This document shows, piece by piece, positions 50,001 through 61,300 of a stretch of 64,000 nt of DNA. Within the stretch, counting starts at the first letter, position 1. Each line of letters starts with the position of its first letter. A program made the translations under genes and the position numbers. The notes under the pieces are model-generated. The model was not told where the DNA came from. It did not search any database and saw nothing but the letters and a program-made list of their open reading frames with translations. Source of the DNA: Takakia lepidozioides (Eukaryota; Plantae; Bryophyta); the NCBI GenBank assembly GCA_030704615.1, contig CM060733.1, positions 1,488,001 to 1,552,000 of the forward strand, read 5' to 3'.

Positions 50001-51476
50001 GGAGGCCATCCTCTCACATAATTCAGTTCCTGCACAAAACCGTACAGATCTTCAAGGATTGACTCAATTTTTCCGAAGGTGAAGATATTATTGCCTCCAA
50101 CAGCAGTCAAATTTGAACAGGGAATGGACAAGGGCCACTCTTAACCTTATAATCAAATACCACGTTAGTGACTATACTTCTCATACAGCTGATCAGTCTT
50201 GGTGGTCTGGGATTAACCTTGACAAAGCTTAAATTTTGAGCTGCCAATACATGTGTTTGGCTTGGGTCACACAGATCTCCTCCGCACATATTCACCCCTA
50301 CACATGCTTCAACAAAAGCTTAAGCTCTGTTAATCCCAGAGACTTGGGTTCTGACCAGTGCAGATGAGTATTAGAAGCTACAAAAACATCACAGATGATC
50401 TGTACAAGCGTACCAAAAATAAGGGGGGCTGCCCTCCAGCCACCTGTCTTCCGCTTGTCAGCAATGCGGCCATGCTTGTCCACTGATCCATCCCCAGTCA
50501 ACAAGTCTCCCTGGACATCCTCTTCACTCTCTTCCAATGTTGGGCCCTGTAATTACAACAGAGCTCAAACTTTCAATGATGCAGTTTCTGAGATATTTAG
50601 CACAGTTTCAGAGTGATGTCTTGTTCTTTGATCACAAGTCACTTGACAAAACACGTGCATGGCTCAGCCACCCACTAAATCCATGAGTGTATCATGTTAG
50701 TTTTCTTTTGAAGGGTACAAGCAATAGGGGAAAAGTGAGAACATTGAAAGGGCCAGCTAAGTGGCCCTTGGAGTGGAGAGCCTTGAGAAGAGATATACTC
50801 ACCCATTTGAATACCATTTCTATAATGACGTATTTACCACGATCAATGGTGATCATTTTTGAAACCTCTCTACATTTCTCAGGACCAACAGACTCAGCCC
50901 CAAGCTGAGGGGATCCTATTTGAGTCATATAGAGCCTGTTCCAATAAGCGCCAGTGTGATATTCAACCCATTGCAATCAAATGCTTGAGAGACAGGCTAA
51001 GGGAGTGCCAAAGTCATTAATACAGCAATCCTCAAGCAGAAACAAGCTGAAGCTTCACCTTTTAGATTTCCACCCTCATATTTCCAGCATGCAAGAAAGA
51101 GGGTTAATTATTTCTACTAGACATCGCGACAACTGGTACAGGCTCAATAAACTTTGGATAGTGCTGCCAACTAAAAGCTTTGGTGCAGTGAATTGGAACC
51201 AAGAAAGAAAGAGGACTCCTACTGGAGGAACTGTAAATTATAGTCTCTTCTCCCCAAGGACTACTGCCTTCCGTTGGAAAGTGGACACTTTGAACCCTAG
51301 ATCACCTAGATTATGCACAAGCGAGGCACAAACACCCAACAACTGGGCTACCTGTTCTAGTGCAAATTGGAACCAGATTCTATCACAGCACATCTAAATT
51401 CCTTTCATCATATAAGAGATCAAAGCTCCGACTTCGATAACATTCAAAGGAAGCTCGAGAGATGACATACCGTCAT
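47065..51476 (-). CDS. NRT1/PTR family (NPF) proton-coupled transporter
   Basis: Exons 50546-50414 (DGSVDKHG..TGGWRA), 50029-49812 (ELCER, ExxER motif), 49000-48698 (GGIKPNVSSLGADQFD..FFNWFYF), 48530-48277 and 47947-47065 (CTVTQVEEVK, LEFFY). The 6-nt first exon ATGACG|gtatgt at 51476-51471 is inferred. Confidence 0.94.
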
Positions 51477-54089
51477 GTCTGAGTAATTATCACGTTGAAG
51501 AGCTTCATATGCAAATACCTGCTTTCCTGCAAAAGCTACAATTCCGTCCTGTATACAGTAAATCCCAGAAGCTCTTACTAGGTAGACGCGTCTCCTTAAG
51601 CGCAACAACGAAAACCTTAGACGGCTCAACAGGGGTGACTGGGGGACAGTATCTTTTCTTTGCAGACCTTGCAAATCATTCAATTTTTAACATTATCGAA
51701 TCATCTTCTCCCTATTTTATGTAACTTCATGTGTTGAAGAGTCATACAAAAACCAACGGCAAGAATTAGTCCTAACTTCAGGAACTTTCGTGAAGCAGGT
51801 CCACTTGATATACTGAGCGAAGAGAAGCAGGACGGAACATAGAAGCCTCTAAATTCACTTTGTCAGAGAATGGATGCTAATTCACAAATCTCGTTGCCAG
51901 GAAAGAGGAGTATGGACTGAATATCTCGTCGAATGATTTTCCGCATAGCAAATTTTTTGATTACTCGCTCATTGGAAGCTCCGACTTCAGCTTTCCTAAT
52001 CCTCTGTGGTCAAGAGAAGCACTTACTAACATGCCGGTGGACAAAACCCTCCACAACCGAATTTACCAACACTCGCTACTCTGCTGAACTCAAACGATAA
52101 ATCTTTCAGTTTCTATTTATCCGCAACATCAAAACTATAGCTTGTGAACCACCGAACCGGCCACCAGTCTGTTGACAATAGAATCCCCGCGCTTTTAATG
52201 GTTCACACAAATCCACCGCATGTTAGGACATGCTTTTATTATCAGTTTTCTGCATGGAACTCTGTAAAACCCTTCGAGAAACATCATCGAGAGAAACACT
52301 CACCAGTTTGTTGAACCATTCTATGTTCAACTTGAAATGAATCATTCGGAGGGAGACGCTGTCAGAACGACAGATCCCGCATCCATCAATTTGCGTGGCA
52401 ACTACGCAGATACCATCGCACATGTTCAATTCTCTGCCTAGTCTACAGCCCACCATTAGATATATTACAAGCCTCTCATTTTTGAATAATTGGGAGTTTA
52501 TGTCGCGCGTGTGGGACAGGGCGCGCACGCCGGCATGGACGCGGGGTCGCCCTCCCCCGCCCAGCCCACCCCCACCTGCCAGCCGCGCACCGCAGTCGGC
52601 AGCCCCGCAGCTACCCGCGGACATGCCCGCCCCCCGACCGTGGCCAGCGCCCGCCCGCCCGCCATCGGGTCCCAGTGGGTCTGCCCGGGCTGGGGTATGT
52701 CGTCCTTCGCTTCCACTTTTCTAGGTCGTATTGCAGGTGCTTTCGAGTGCGCGAAGGGGTAACTGCAGTGTATATGGCAGCGGCCGTCGATGCCCAACCA
52801 GAAAGCTTTCTTATACGTCCACTGCGACAATGTCTTCAAACACCAAAAGATGGGTCATTTTCCTGCAAAGACCTTTACTGGAAGAACGAGAGTCGCTCTG
52901 GATACATGGGCTCTCAAGTGCGGGACCGCACGGCCTGTATTCCCTAGGAGAGAGTGCCCGACTTTGCACTTGGAGAGGAGAGTAGAGACGGGTGTTCGAC
53001 CCAATTTTACATAAATGTGCATGTTAACGCGAAGCCCGGACTGCGAAGAGCTCCAAGAGCTAACACATATCTAACCTTTGTCATGTCTGCACCATGATTC
53101 TTGCACTGCCTCTTTGTTCCTGTCTTGTGCTTGTGCTTGTCGGACATGTACATGCATCATATGTAGATAAGGTTTAGGCTATCTTACATGCTTGCAGAAC
53201 TCCATGGGTGTCGATGACATACTCCGGTGTCGATGACATACAACCCTGTCCAGGTATCAGTGTTGCTATGGACCAGAGGACAAGCGCACCAACAATTTGA
53301 CTGTTACGGATCCCAAAGTCAAGCGAGGAGGTCTAGACGTTGGGGCTGGAAGCAGTAATCCTCACAAAGGTCTAAGACGAAAGAAAAGCCAATACGGCGA
53401 GTCTTACAAGCGTGGGTGTCTCTGTTGTTTCAAAGTCTCGCAATGTTATCTTGCTCCAGACATTGGGGTCATCACATATTATAACAACATGCAACACCTG
53501 GATGTGTCCGGAAAACCCTCTCATGGCGGATATTCTGAGTTCCAGTTCAGCCGATATGCTTATGCTCCACATATTAGCGATGAGCTCAAAAAGTGGATCA
53601 TGGAATGTTTGTCTCGAGGCTTGAGTGTCACCCAAGTCATGATTGAACACAAAGAGCACGTCATGCAGAACAGTGGCTTGGGAGACGTATGGACACGCGA
53701 CGAATTTCTCCTCGAGCAAGATGTCCAAAATCTCGCTGAAAAACGAGCCTGGCAGACCTTCAAAAAACACGCTGATGACGCACAATCCGTGCGTATGTGG
53801 AAAGATCAAAACCCGGACTCGGTCTTCTTCTACTATGAGGAATCATTGGCACCCACATTTCAACATTTTGATGGAGATTTGACCTTCACCATTGGGATTC
53901 AGACTCCTTGGCAGCGGCAGAAGATATTGGATTTGGGCCATGCACGTATCGTAGCTTGCGATGCTACATTTGGAACTAACCATCACAAGGTCTGCCATGG
54001 ACCCTCTCCACGGGCTTCTACTAGCATGATAGCATACTACAATGGTCTCCCACTCTTGTGGTGCATTGCTTATTCGTCCTCAATCCCGA

Positions 54090-54322
54090 TAGACCTAACT
54101 GTTGTAGACCCTGTCCCAGTACACCCTGTTCCAGCAGACCTTCCACTGCACTCTGTTTTAGGGCAGACCCTTTTGCGTGTTCACCCTGTTACAATAGACC
54201 CTGTGCGTGTTCACCAAGTTGCAGTACACCCTGTGTGTGTTCACCCAGTTGCAGTTCACCATGTGCGTTTTCACCCTATTGCAGTAGACCCTGTGCTAGT
54301 ACACACTGTTAAAATAGGGCCT
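54090..54322 (+). repeat. ~21-bp minisatellite (TAGACCCTGT/TTCACCCTGTT) in a transposase intron
   Basis: Periodic units, read as VHPV/VDPV in the ORF track, between donor ~53990 and acceptor ~54369. Confidence 0.75.
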
Positions 54323-54584
54323 GTCGGTATGACACTGGTCTGCTAATTACAAATTGTCATTTCATGCAGTTCCCCTTGTACACGTTGATGGTGTTCGACC
54401 AATGGTTGAACGGAATTCCGGTTGCATACATATTGTCAACACGCAATCGAAACCTAATCAGACCTTATCTTGTGGATGTTAGCATTGTGTAATGCCCTCC
54501 TTCAGGAAAAGCCCATCTGGGGCCAAATGCCTTCATTGTTGACGACGCTAAAGCAGAAATCAATGCAATCCGGTATGCCACATC

Positions 54585-54812
54585 TCAATCTGCCCTATGG
54601 TCTGTTGTATGGTCCGCTGCAAGGTCTGCTATATGGTCTGCCCTGTCTGGTCTCACGCTTGTGGCGGTACTGAATCTGATATGCCATATCTCATTCTGCC
54701 CTATGGTCTGCCCTGTGGTCTGCCATATGGTCTCAATCTGCCCTATGGTATGCATTATGGTCCACTTCAGGGTCTGCTATATGGTCTGCCCTATTTGATC
54801 TCACGCTTGTGA
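54585..54812 (+). repeat. TGCCCTATGGTC-based minisatellite with higher-order duplication in a transposase intron
   Basis: 12-bp units; the block at ~54585-54672 is repeated at ~54732-54820. Confidence 0.75.
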
Positions 54813-56449
54813 CAGTGCTGAATACGAATGCCCGGTCCAGGCACTTCTGACTTTGTGGCCGTATGCAGGTCTGTTTTCACAGGAGTATGCATTTTCCTCT
54901 GCCTTTGGCATGTACGGAAGGCCCGGGTCAAGCAATCATGCCAGAAAATCAGTGATCCGGGAACATCCTCAAAACTGTTGGCAAATATGGGCGACCTTAT
55001 GTACTGCAGAGGTGGACCACAGAAAGAAGACGAAGCTGTGAAATAAGTTAAGAAAATATTGAAGGCAATGAAAAAGAAATATCCTGCTGGTCAGTTGTTC
55101 CTCCACTACATTCATGTGTACTGGGTTCCCAAAATCGCTATGTGGTGTACTGCTGCCCGCAACATTCCACATGCAAGCCAAGATACTAATGCAAGCATCG
55201 AGGCATACCAGGAAATTTAAAGGCAAGACTTAATATGGGGTCGAAGAGCCGATTGGCTCATATGGGAGTTGACTGGGCGTGTACTGGTCCACTACTGGTA
55301 CGACATTCATCTGAAGACGCATGGGTTTATTCGCAACGATAAACAGGAAAAGCACATTTCCAGTGCAATATGTGCAGCCCGTGACATACCTCTTTCACGT
55401 GTCAAGTTAGTTTATCACTAGTGTGAAACTAGCTAGGAAATAGCTAGCTTTTACATATTGACATTTGGGATTGGCCCAAGTGTCAATCCAGGGGTCAAGG
55501 CAGATTTAGGCCCTGGAGTGGTTATCTTTACGGCAAGCGCGGGAGGCTCATCTTTGTCGAGTTGAGCCTCACCACGCCTAGCTATGGCGCTGTAGTGTGG
55601 ATTCCCCATGGCATGGGGTGCACTTGGCTTGACTTGTATTTGAGTGATGAGTTTATATATGCATGAGTTTATGCTTCAGCTTTGTGAGCTTGTACTTGTA
55701 TTCTTCTTCTTTATCACTCGACAAAGATCAGCTCGTATCTATGAGTGCCAGATACGAGTTAGTTGTAGCACTTGTGGTTTTTGCTTGAGAATGAGAGAAA
55801 CCAGGTTGTTATGCAAGGAGCACCGTGGAGCTCTTGGTTGTTAGAAGCGGAGGCGATGTGGGTTACGAGGTGGTAAACCTTGGCATTCAATCTTCAGCTT
55901 CAGAGATGAAAGCACCATACTGCAGGTAATTCCAGAGCACCTTGATGGTTTCAGATTGTGTACATGCATGAGCAAGCACGATTGGGAAGAGGACCAGTCA
56001 AGAGCAGGTTATAGTGGCTTTGGTGGCAAAGCTGAGAACTGGACTTGGGAATGCGAGCTTTCATTGTGTGAAGGATTGCAAGACCAAGCGAAAGGGCTGA
56101 TTTGGCTTGGGGCAAATCAGTGCACTTTGTGGAGTATGTTGAGAGTGGGTTTCAATCTCGAGCTTCAGCATTGAGAGGGCTCTTGTCATGGCAAGAGCAC
56201 GATCACAAAGTCATCCAGCAACTCCTGGAAAAGGCTGTTCATTAGCGTGCTAAAGGTCGCGAGCTAAGAGGTGCGGCAAGGCCATGGAATGTACACCTAG
56301 GGTTTCAGAGCTTGGAAGAAGAGCTTTTGCACCACAAAAGGAGTGTCTTGTGGCTGGAAATGTAAGCCTTAGGGTTTCAGGAGCTTGGCAAAGGCTGTGG
56401 AGTGCTTAGTCTTGTCTTAGAGAGCATCAAGGAGCCAAGGAGCCAAGAT

Positions 56450-56900
56450 AGGGGGCTGATACCTCTTGTGTGAAGAGGTTGCATGTGTGGAGCATGTATT
56501 CAGCTCATTGAAGCTTCCATCTTCAAGCTTGGATGGCAAGCAAGGAAGAGGGAAGGGCTGACTTCCCTTATGTGAGAGCAATGCATGTGTGGAGCATGCT
56601 TTCAGCCTGTTGAAGGCTTGTACTTTCAGGTTTGGGAGGGCAAGAAAGGAAGGAAGGGGCTGGTTTCCCTGTAGGGCATGTGTGGAGCATGCTTCCAGCC
56701 CGCTGAAGCGTGTATTTTCAGGTTGGTGGGTGCAAGAAAGAAAGCAAAGGGGCTGATTCTCTGGTGGTGAGAGTGGGGCATGTGTGGAGCATGCCTTCAG
56801 CCCATTGGGCTTTTGTTTTCAAGCTTTAGAGAACTAGAAGAGAAGGTAAGGGACTGATCTGCTCTTATGTGACAGTCCGACACTTGTAGAGTGTGTTCTG
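56450..56900 (+). repeat. ~95-100-bp tandem repeat, 4-5 units
   Basis: GCATGTGTGGAGCATG at 56481, 56583, 56676 and 56778. Confidence 0.85.
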
Positions 56901-57305
56901 AGTTGGGGTTTCAACCTCAAGCCTAGATAGAGCATGGCTCTTGAAGTGGCAGGTGTAGGGGGATGGAATAGGCTCTAAGACAGATGCTATAGCCAAGGGA
57001 AATGCTTGAATGAGTACTCACAAGGGCTGGAAACTAACAAGGCTTGGTTGTTTGCCATTGAGTTTAGTGGTGTGTTTGGGGAGTCTAAGTGAGAAAGAAG
57101 GCTTGGTTTGTGGCAACCATCTTCCTCATGGCTTAGAGCTACTATTGGTGGTGTGTGGGAGCCGAAAGAGCAAGAATACCTTGCTGATTTCTTCACAGCC
57201 GCCATAGCTTGGTGCAAAGAAGCCTAGAGTCCAAGAGACACAAACCCTAGCTTGGCGTGGCTAAACCCCTTGGAGAAATGGCTAAACTGTCATGAGTGGC
57301 ATGTG

Positions 57306-57726
57306 GGGCTGTGACGGGCTGTGACGGGCTGTGATGGGCTGTGACAGGCTATGGCGGGCTGTGACAGGCTGTGGCGGGCTGTGACAGGCTGTGGCGGGCT
57401 GTGACAGGCTGTGGCGAGCTGTGAGGGGCTGTGAGGGGCTGTGACAGGCTAAGCCCAGTGGCCTATGGGGCTGTGACGGGCTGTGACGGGCTGTGACAGG
57501 CTGTGCCCTGTGGCCTGTGGGACTGTGAGGGGCTGTGACAGGCTATGTACTTTGGCCTGTGGGGCTGTGACGGGCTGTGAGGGGTTGTGGCCTTTGGGGC
57601 TGTGACCCCTGCGACCTGTGTAGGGCTGTAACAAGCTGTGCCATGTGGCCTGTGGGGCTGTGATGGGCTGTGACCCTGTGACCTATGTAGGGCTGTGGCC
57701 TGTGTGGGGCTGTGACGGCTGTGACC
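57306..57726 (+). repeat. 10-bp minisatellite (GGGCTGTGAC and variants)
   Basis: Directly visible. It is homogeneous at 57306-57450 and decays rightwards. Confidence 0.95.
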
Positions 57727-58399
57727 AATGAGCTGTGTGGGCCTGTGTTGGTCTGTGGTGGCCCGTGTTGACCTGTGGACGGCCCGTGCTGACTCGTGGA
57801 GGCACTGGTGGACTGCCTAAGGACTGACATGTGGTCTTGAAGGCCGAATTTTGAAGCTCGTGGAGGGCGGTTTGAGGAGTATCTTCATGATATTCCCATG
57901 GTCATGCAAGTAAGGGAAGAGAGGAGATGAAGAGTGTTGGGATGAGGGCTTGCTGGGGTTAGGCATTGCTTTAGCTTCTCTTCCTCGTAGTTTCACCTTC
58001 TCATTAGGCCAAGACCTTTCCGTAGGTGGAGGCAAGAGTCAGTCCGGGTTTGGGCTGGGGTGTCCTTGCGGGAGCAACACCGTGGAGTTGTTTTTGGTGT
58101 GGGGGAGTTGTCGTTCTGATTTCTTGTGTTTGGATCCCCTCCATACCTGCATGCTTGACTATGCGCCATGCTAGTTTTGTGTGGGCGCTTGTTTTTATAG
58201 GTGATTGGTCCGGATTTGATCACCGGCCAGTCCTAGAGCATGTTGTCGATGGTGAGGCTGGGGTGATGACCAGCCAGACCATCATTGTTTCTCCTGTGGT
58301 GAGGTTGGAGGTGATGACCAGCCAACCAGGAGTGCTTGTGGTGGATGCAGGTACAGGTGTAGGTTATGTTAGGAACTTAGTATTCCAAACCATAAGCCA

Positions 58400-61300
58400 C
58401 AACAGGTTCTCTACCCGGTTACCTTGTGGAGATGGGGTTAGGGACATGTTCATGACCGGTTGAGTGTCAACACGGAGGTGCCACTAGTTGCTGGGGACAG
58501 TGCCGGTTCGAGCACTAGCGATACTAGTGGGTACATGAGACGAGGTGTGCGGTTTAGGCAACCTTCGCCTCCTGTGTCTTCTACGGAAGGTTCTGATTCG
58601 GATTGTGAATCAGGAGGACTCATACCGGCGGTAAAAGTTGTTTCCTTGCCATTGTTGTGGGACACAATGGAGGAGATGTATGGAGCTACCAAGGGGCCAC
58701 GAAGGTACTCTGGGGCGGTGGGCACCATCGAGTTGGATGATTTTATCCAAGAGTTTGATAGTTGGTGTGATTTGCAGCAAATGCGCAATCCACAACTATT
58801 TACGCCTTTCATGGCATGGAAGGGGCTGTTTCAGCACCTGGAGGGGCCGCCTATGGATGATTACCATGAGTTCAGGCGGGGGCATGAGGTTGAGATCGAG
58901 GAGTGGAGGATGTACTGGTCACCCGACTATGTCTCCATCACTATGGGCACTAGAGCCACGAGGGCAGTGGCTACACCTGCCGCTGCACCGGCAGCTTCAG
59001 CAAGTAGCAGAGGGACTAGTGGGACTGGTGGTACAGTAGCTACGACGTCCACCCAAGCCACTACCGCACCAGCACTAGTACCCGTGCCTGCCTTCAACCT
59101 TGTTGTGGAGTTCTTCGAAGAGTTGAGAGGGAACTACCAAGGACAGAGAAGTTGCGTAGCTTGCAAGAGTTCCAACGGAAGCCGACCGAGAGCTTGAGAG
59201 AGGCTTTCACTCGCATGAGGCGCTTGATAAATGTAACCCAAGGGGTTACGGAAGCTCAGGCAGTCCAATTCTGGTATGGGATATTGGACAAGGAGCTGAG
59301 GAGAAGGGTGCGGGATGCAACTCTCCTACAAGCGACCCAACCCACCTTAGCAAATGTGTTTTTGCTGGCAGAGCAGATAGAGCTCAACATGGTGGAAGAA
59401 CGAGTGGTCATGGTGGGATTTGCTAAGGAGACACCAAAGGGTAGTGGTGCTCCTAGCAAACCACTACCTCAACATGTTAAGGCAACAATGGGGCTAAGGT
59501 GAAGCTCAGGGAAGGGCAGAGAGGACCTCAGATGCAGGGGTCTCTCCCTTCATTTGCTGGCCAACAACGACTTGAGCATGAGGCAACCAAAATACACTCA
59601 CAAGTACCATATGCAAGAACAGGAGAAAACAAAGGGTTCCATATGCAGAAAGATATCCCCTTCTCGGCAGACAGATTGTCCAAATCTGCCAGGGTAGTGT
59701 GTATAATGACATTTGGTATAGCTGCAGCAGAATCTTCAAGCCTCGCATTCCACGACACCGTATCTCGTTCAGCCATAGTGTCAAACATTCCCTTTGCATC
59801 CTCGATGCACCCACATTTTGCATACAAGTCCACCAGGGTATTGTTCAGAATGAAAGTTGGTACAATTCCAGTGTTCCTGGTAATTAGGAGTCGTTTATAA
59901 GTAGGGGAGCTCTTGAAACATCCGTAATGGGCCCATAACAAAGAAGGAGTGAAGACCTGCTGCTGGGATGTCGCCTTGGTATTACAACATGTAGCTAGTT
60001 GGAGGTGGTGTGAGGTGAGGGAAGCTACGGTGATCGAGCTCCAACTCCTCACGCAGGTAGCCTCTGAAGTTAGATTCGTCAGTTGAAGGTCAGAAGGGCG
60101 CCAGAGATAGGGGTGAAGCCTTTGAGCTGGCCAAGGTGCTGTCGTGAGCCAAAAAGTAGGTAGCACTCGGTTCAAGAAGGCTGAGCGCGCTCTCAGCTGC
60201 GTGGGCATGCAATATAACCCTGAAGTGTTGTTTGTATGCTTGCCTCCGGGGGCTGCGATAGTCCTGAAGCGGAGGCAGCAGGGGTGGAGTAGTCCGTAAT
60301 GGAAAGAAGTCACCCCGCATTCGAAGTGATAGCAGTGAAACATAAAGGTTGTGAAACTGCCGACATGCAATTGCTTGGAGGAACCATAAGGGCAGAGAAC
60401 CCTCATACTTTCAAGATCGCCACTTGGAATAATGAATATGCTGTGCGTGGGGGCGGTAGTAACCTCCCCGTTGTGAGTATAGATCGTCATTGGGTGCTGA
60501 AGGGAGAGGCGCCCCGAGGTCTTCCAGGACACACTATGGAGCTTGCTGGCAGCCTGAACAAGTCGATGGTAAAGATGAGTCGCCTTAGGGATATCAATCA
60601 AAGCGGGGCTCCAAGCTTGATACAAAGAGGGGAGGTGGGAGATATCCCAATTGAGTAGCTTGGTGTCGTAGCACACAGAGGACTCCAGGGACGCGGCTTG
60701 AGCATGCAGACGGGTGGACAGCCGATTGTGAACAGCCATTGAAAACAAGAGGATAAGAAAACAACAGGAGAGAACTATGGAAAGATAGCTTAAACGGAGC
60801 TTTGAAAAGAGGTTGATCTTTCTGAGCAGGTAGAAGGAAGAAGAGCAGCAAGGCAGCTACGTAGCTACGCGACGAGTTGGAGCTCGGCCATGGCGGCTGC
60901 CGTAGCTAGAAGAAAGTCAGGGTTAGAGTAGCGGGATTGCTAAAAATTGAGAAAAATGAGACTACAAGACTGGTAAGATGGCAGGTCCCTAAATATTAGT
61001 CACGACTACGGGATTTAGCTGAGGTTGGTGGTGGGAGAGCGGAGCTCCGCCCTCCCCTTCCTGTGCAATCGGGAATCTGACACAAAAGCCTGGGTCACAT
61101 GATATATTCTGGAGGATTGGGGGTACAACAGACTAAGGTAGAGGCCATTGCACAGATTCCACGCCCCACAGATGTGAGCCGAGTTCGAGCTTTTATGGGG
61201 TTGGCAAACTATTATAGATGGTTTGTCAAGGGATTTAGTGCCATTGCAAATGCTCTAACCAAGCTGACCAAGGTGGACCAGGAGTAGCAGTGGGAAGATG

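Larger units (their letters stand above)
52774..55415 (+). mobile_element. MULE-type (SWIM-family) transposase pseudogene, truncated on the right
   Basis: FSCKDLYW..IP*ERVPDF..GEE, CCYGPED, KRGCLCCF, FTIGIQTPWQ, ACDATFGTN, FPLYTLMVFD, LCLWHVRKA, QDTNASIEAY and DWLIWEL. Several stops and frameshifts; GC-rich leader at 52500-52690. Confidence 0.85.
55420..58240 (-). mobile_element. Long non-coding LTR-like segment with internal tandem repeats
   Basis: Truncates the MULE. Minus-strand CCAAT and CTATAAAA at 58190-58210, telo-box-like AAACCCTA motifs, and no coding signal. Boundaries are approximate and no TSD was found. Confidence 0.4.

Noticed and set aside
57306-57726. Possible CRISPR-like or regularly spaced array
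   Set aside because: Contiguous 10-bp units with no unique spacers, in eukaryotic DNA: a minisatellite.
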